A stretch of DNA of 64,000 nt. Source: Squalus acanthias. Lineage: Eukaryota. The position numbers were made by a program, and so were the translations under genes. Below are positions 62,255 through 64,000 of the stretch, in pieces (the stretch's first letter is position 1; each line of letters begins with the position of its first letter). The notes beneath the pieces were generated by a model. That model did no database searches and was not told the DNA's origin. It saw nothing but the letters and a program-made list of their open reading frames with translations. Location: contig JASTWF010000811.1 in NCBI GenBank assembly GCA_030390025.1, positions 62,001 through 126,000 of the forward strand, in the 5' to 3' direction.

Positions 62255-63760
62255 AAATAGGAGCAGGAGTCGGCCATTCGGCCCTTCGAGCCAGCTCCGC
62301 CATTCAATGAGATCATGGCTGATCTTCTGCCTCAACTCCATTCACCGGCCCTATCGCCATATCCCTTGATGCCTTTACTAGTCAGAAATCTATCGACTTC
62401 TGTTTTGAATATACCCAATGACTGAGCCTCCACAGCCCTCTGGGATAGAGAATTCCAAAGATTCACCACCCTCTGTGTGAAGAAATTTCTTCTCATCTCA
62501 GTCCTGAATGGCCTACCCTTTATCCTGAGGCTGTGGCCCCTGGTTCTAGACTCCCCAGCCAAGGGAAACATTCTCCCAGCATCCATCCTATCAAGCCCTG
62601 TAATAATTTTGTATGCTTCAATGAAATCCCCTCTCATTCTTCTGAATTCAAGAGAATACAGGCCTAGTTTACTCAATCTCTTCTCATACGACAGTCCCGC
62701 CATCCCAGGAATCAATCTCGTGAACCTTCATTGCACTCCCTCTATGGCATGTATACCCTTCGTTAGGTAAGGAGACCAAAATTGTACACAGTACTCCAGG
62801 TGTGGTCTCACCAAGGCCCTATATAATTGGAGTAAGACTTCTTTACTCCTGTACTCAAATCCTCTTGTAATGAAGGCTAGCATACCATTTGCCTTCCTAA
62901 TGGCTTGCTGCACCTGCACATTCACTTTCAGTGACTCATGTACAAGGACACCCAGGACCCTTTGAGCATCTGCATTCCCCAATCTTTCACCATTTAGGAA
63001 ATACTCTGCCTTTCTGTTTTTTCTACCAAAGTGAATAACTTCACATTTATCCACATTATATTCCATCTGCCATGTTCTCGCCCACTCACTGAGCCTGTCG
63101 AGATCAACTTGAAGCCTCTTCACATCCTCTTCACAACTGACACTGCCACCTAGCTTTGTATCATTGGAAATGTTACATTTAGTCCCCTCATCCAAATCAT
63201 TGATATAGATTGTGAATAGCTGAGGCCCAAGCACCGATCCTTGCGGTACCCCACTAGTCACAGCCTGCCATCCTGAAAAAGACCTGTTTATCCCTACTCT
63301 TTGTTTTCTGGCTGTTAACCATTTCTCAATCCATGCTAGTATATTACCCCCAATTCCATGTGCCCCAATTTTGTTCACCAATCTCTTGTGCCTTCTGAAA
63401 ATCCAGATACACCACATCTACCAGTTCCCCTTTGTCTACTCCAATAATTACATCCTCAAAGAACTCCAATAGGTTTGTCAAACAGGATTTCCCTTTCATA
63501 AATCCATGTTGACTCTGCCCAATCTTACTATTAGTTTCTAATGCCCAGTTATTGCATCCTTTATAATAGATTCCAGCATTTTCCCAACTACTGATGTGAG
63601 GCTAACAGGTCTGTAGTTCCCCGTTTTCTCTCTCCCTCCTTTCTTAAATAGCGAGGTTACATTTGCTATCCTCCAATCTGCAGGAACTATTCCAGAATCT
63701 ATAGAATTTTGGAAGATGACAACCAATGCGTCCACTATCCCAATGGCCACCTCTTTCAAA
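62255..63760 (-). mobile_element. CR1 LINE 3' portion
   Basis: NYRPVSLTS, GVPQGSVLGP, RPHLEYCVQFW, RTRGH. Confidence 0.92.
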
Positions 63761-64000
63761 AACCCTTTCTACCAAACGTCCCCCGGAGTTACTGCAGGAA
63801 CGTGCCGGAAGGGATGCAGATTTTCAGCTCAGTTGAGAGGATTTCTCAAATGTTCCATTTCTGGTGAAATATTAAGAACATTTGAAAATTCTGGAGAGGA
63901 ATAGACCCACAGGTCCATCCAGCCTGTCCCAGACAGTGCTTCTCGACTCGAGTGGGAAACATTGCATTCAGGAGAGATGGGTACAAACTAGTTTGGCTGC

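Overview
Repeat-dense vertebrate genomic DNA. The repeat repertoire (CR1 LINEs with 8-bp microsatellite tails, L2, RTE, an HE1/V-SINE-like and a DeuSINE-like SINE, Harbinger elements) points to a cartilaginous fish, probably a shark (inference). Hidden among the repeats are two minus-strand host-gene pieces in tandem. (1) An antigen-receptor-like Ig gene: a signal-peptide exon at 35529-35478, then a ~25.3-kb intron, then a single germline-joined V-J exon at 10162-9815 with no RSS, then what looks like a decayed C-type exon. (2) Upstream of it, the probable last three exons of a receptor cytoplasmic tail (YENV and PxPxPR motifs, polyA signal). The large intron holds an internally deleted endogenous foamy (spuma)-like provirus with both LTRs, a 4-bp TSD, a tRNA-Lys1,2 PBS, RNase H-integrase and a PPT. 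It also holds a four-level L2>CR1>Harbinger>Harbinger nest with a nearly intact two-gene Harbinger, and an old duplicated non-coding module. A solo LTR of the same virus family lies at 48369-49470. Over a third of the window is minisatellite, including 7.2-kb and 10-kb arrays with higher-order duplications. No prokaryotic features or CRISPR arrays.
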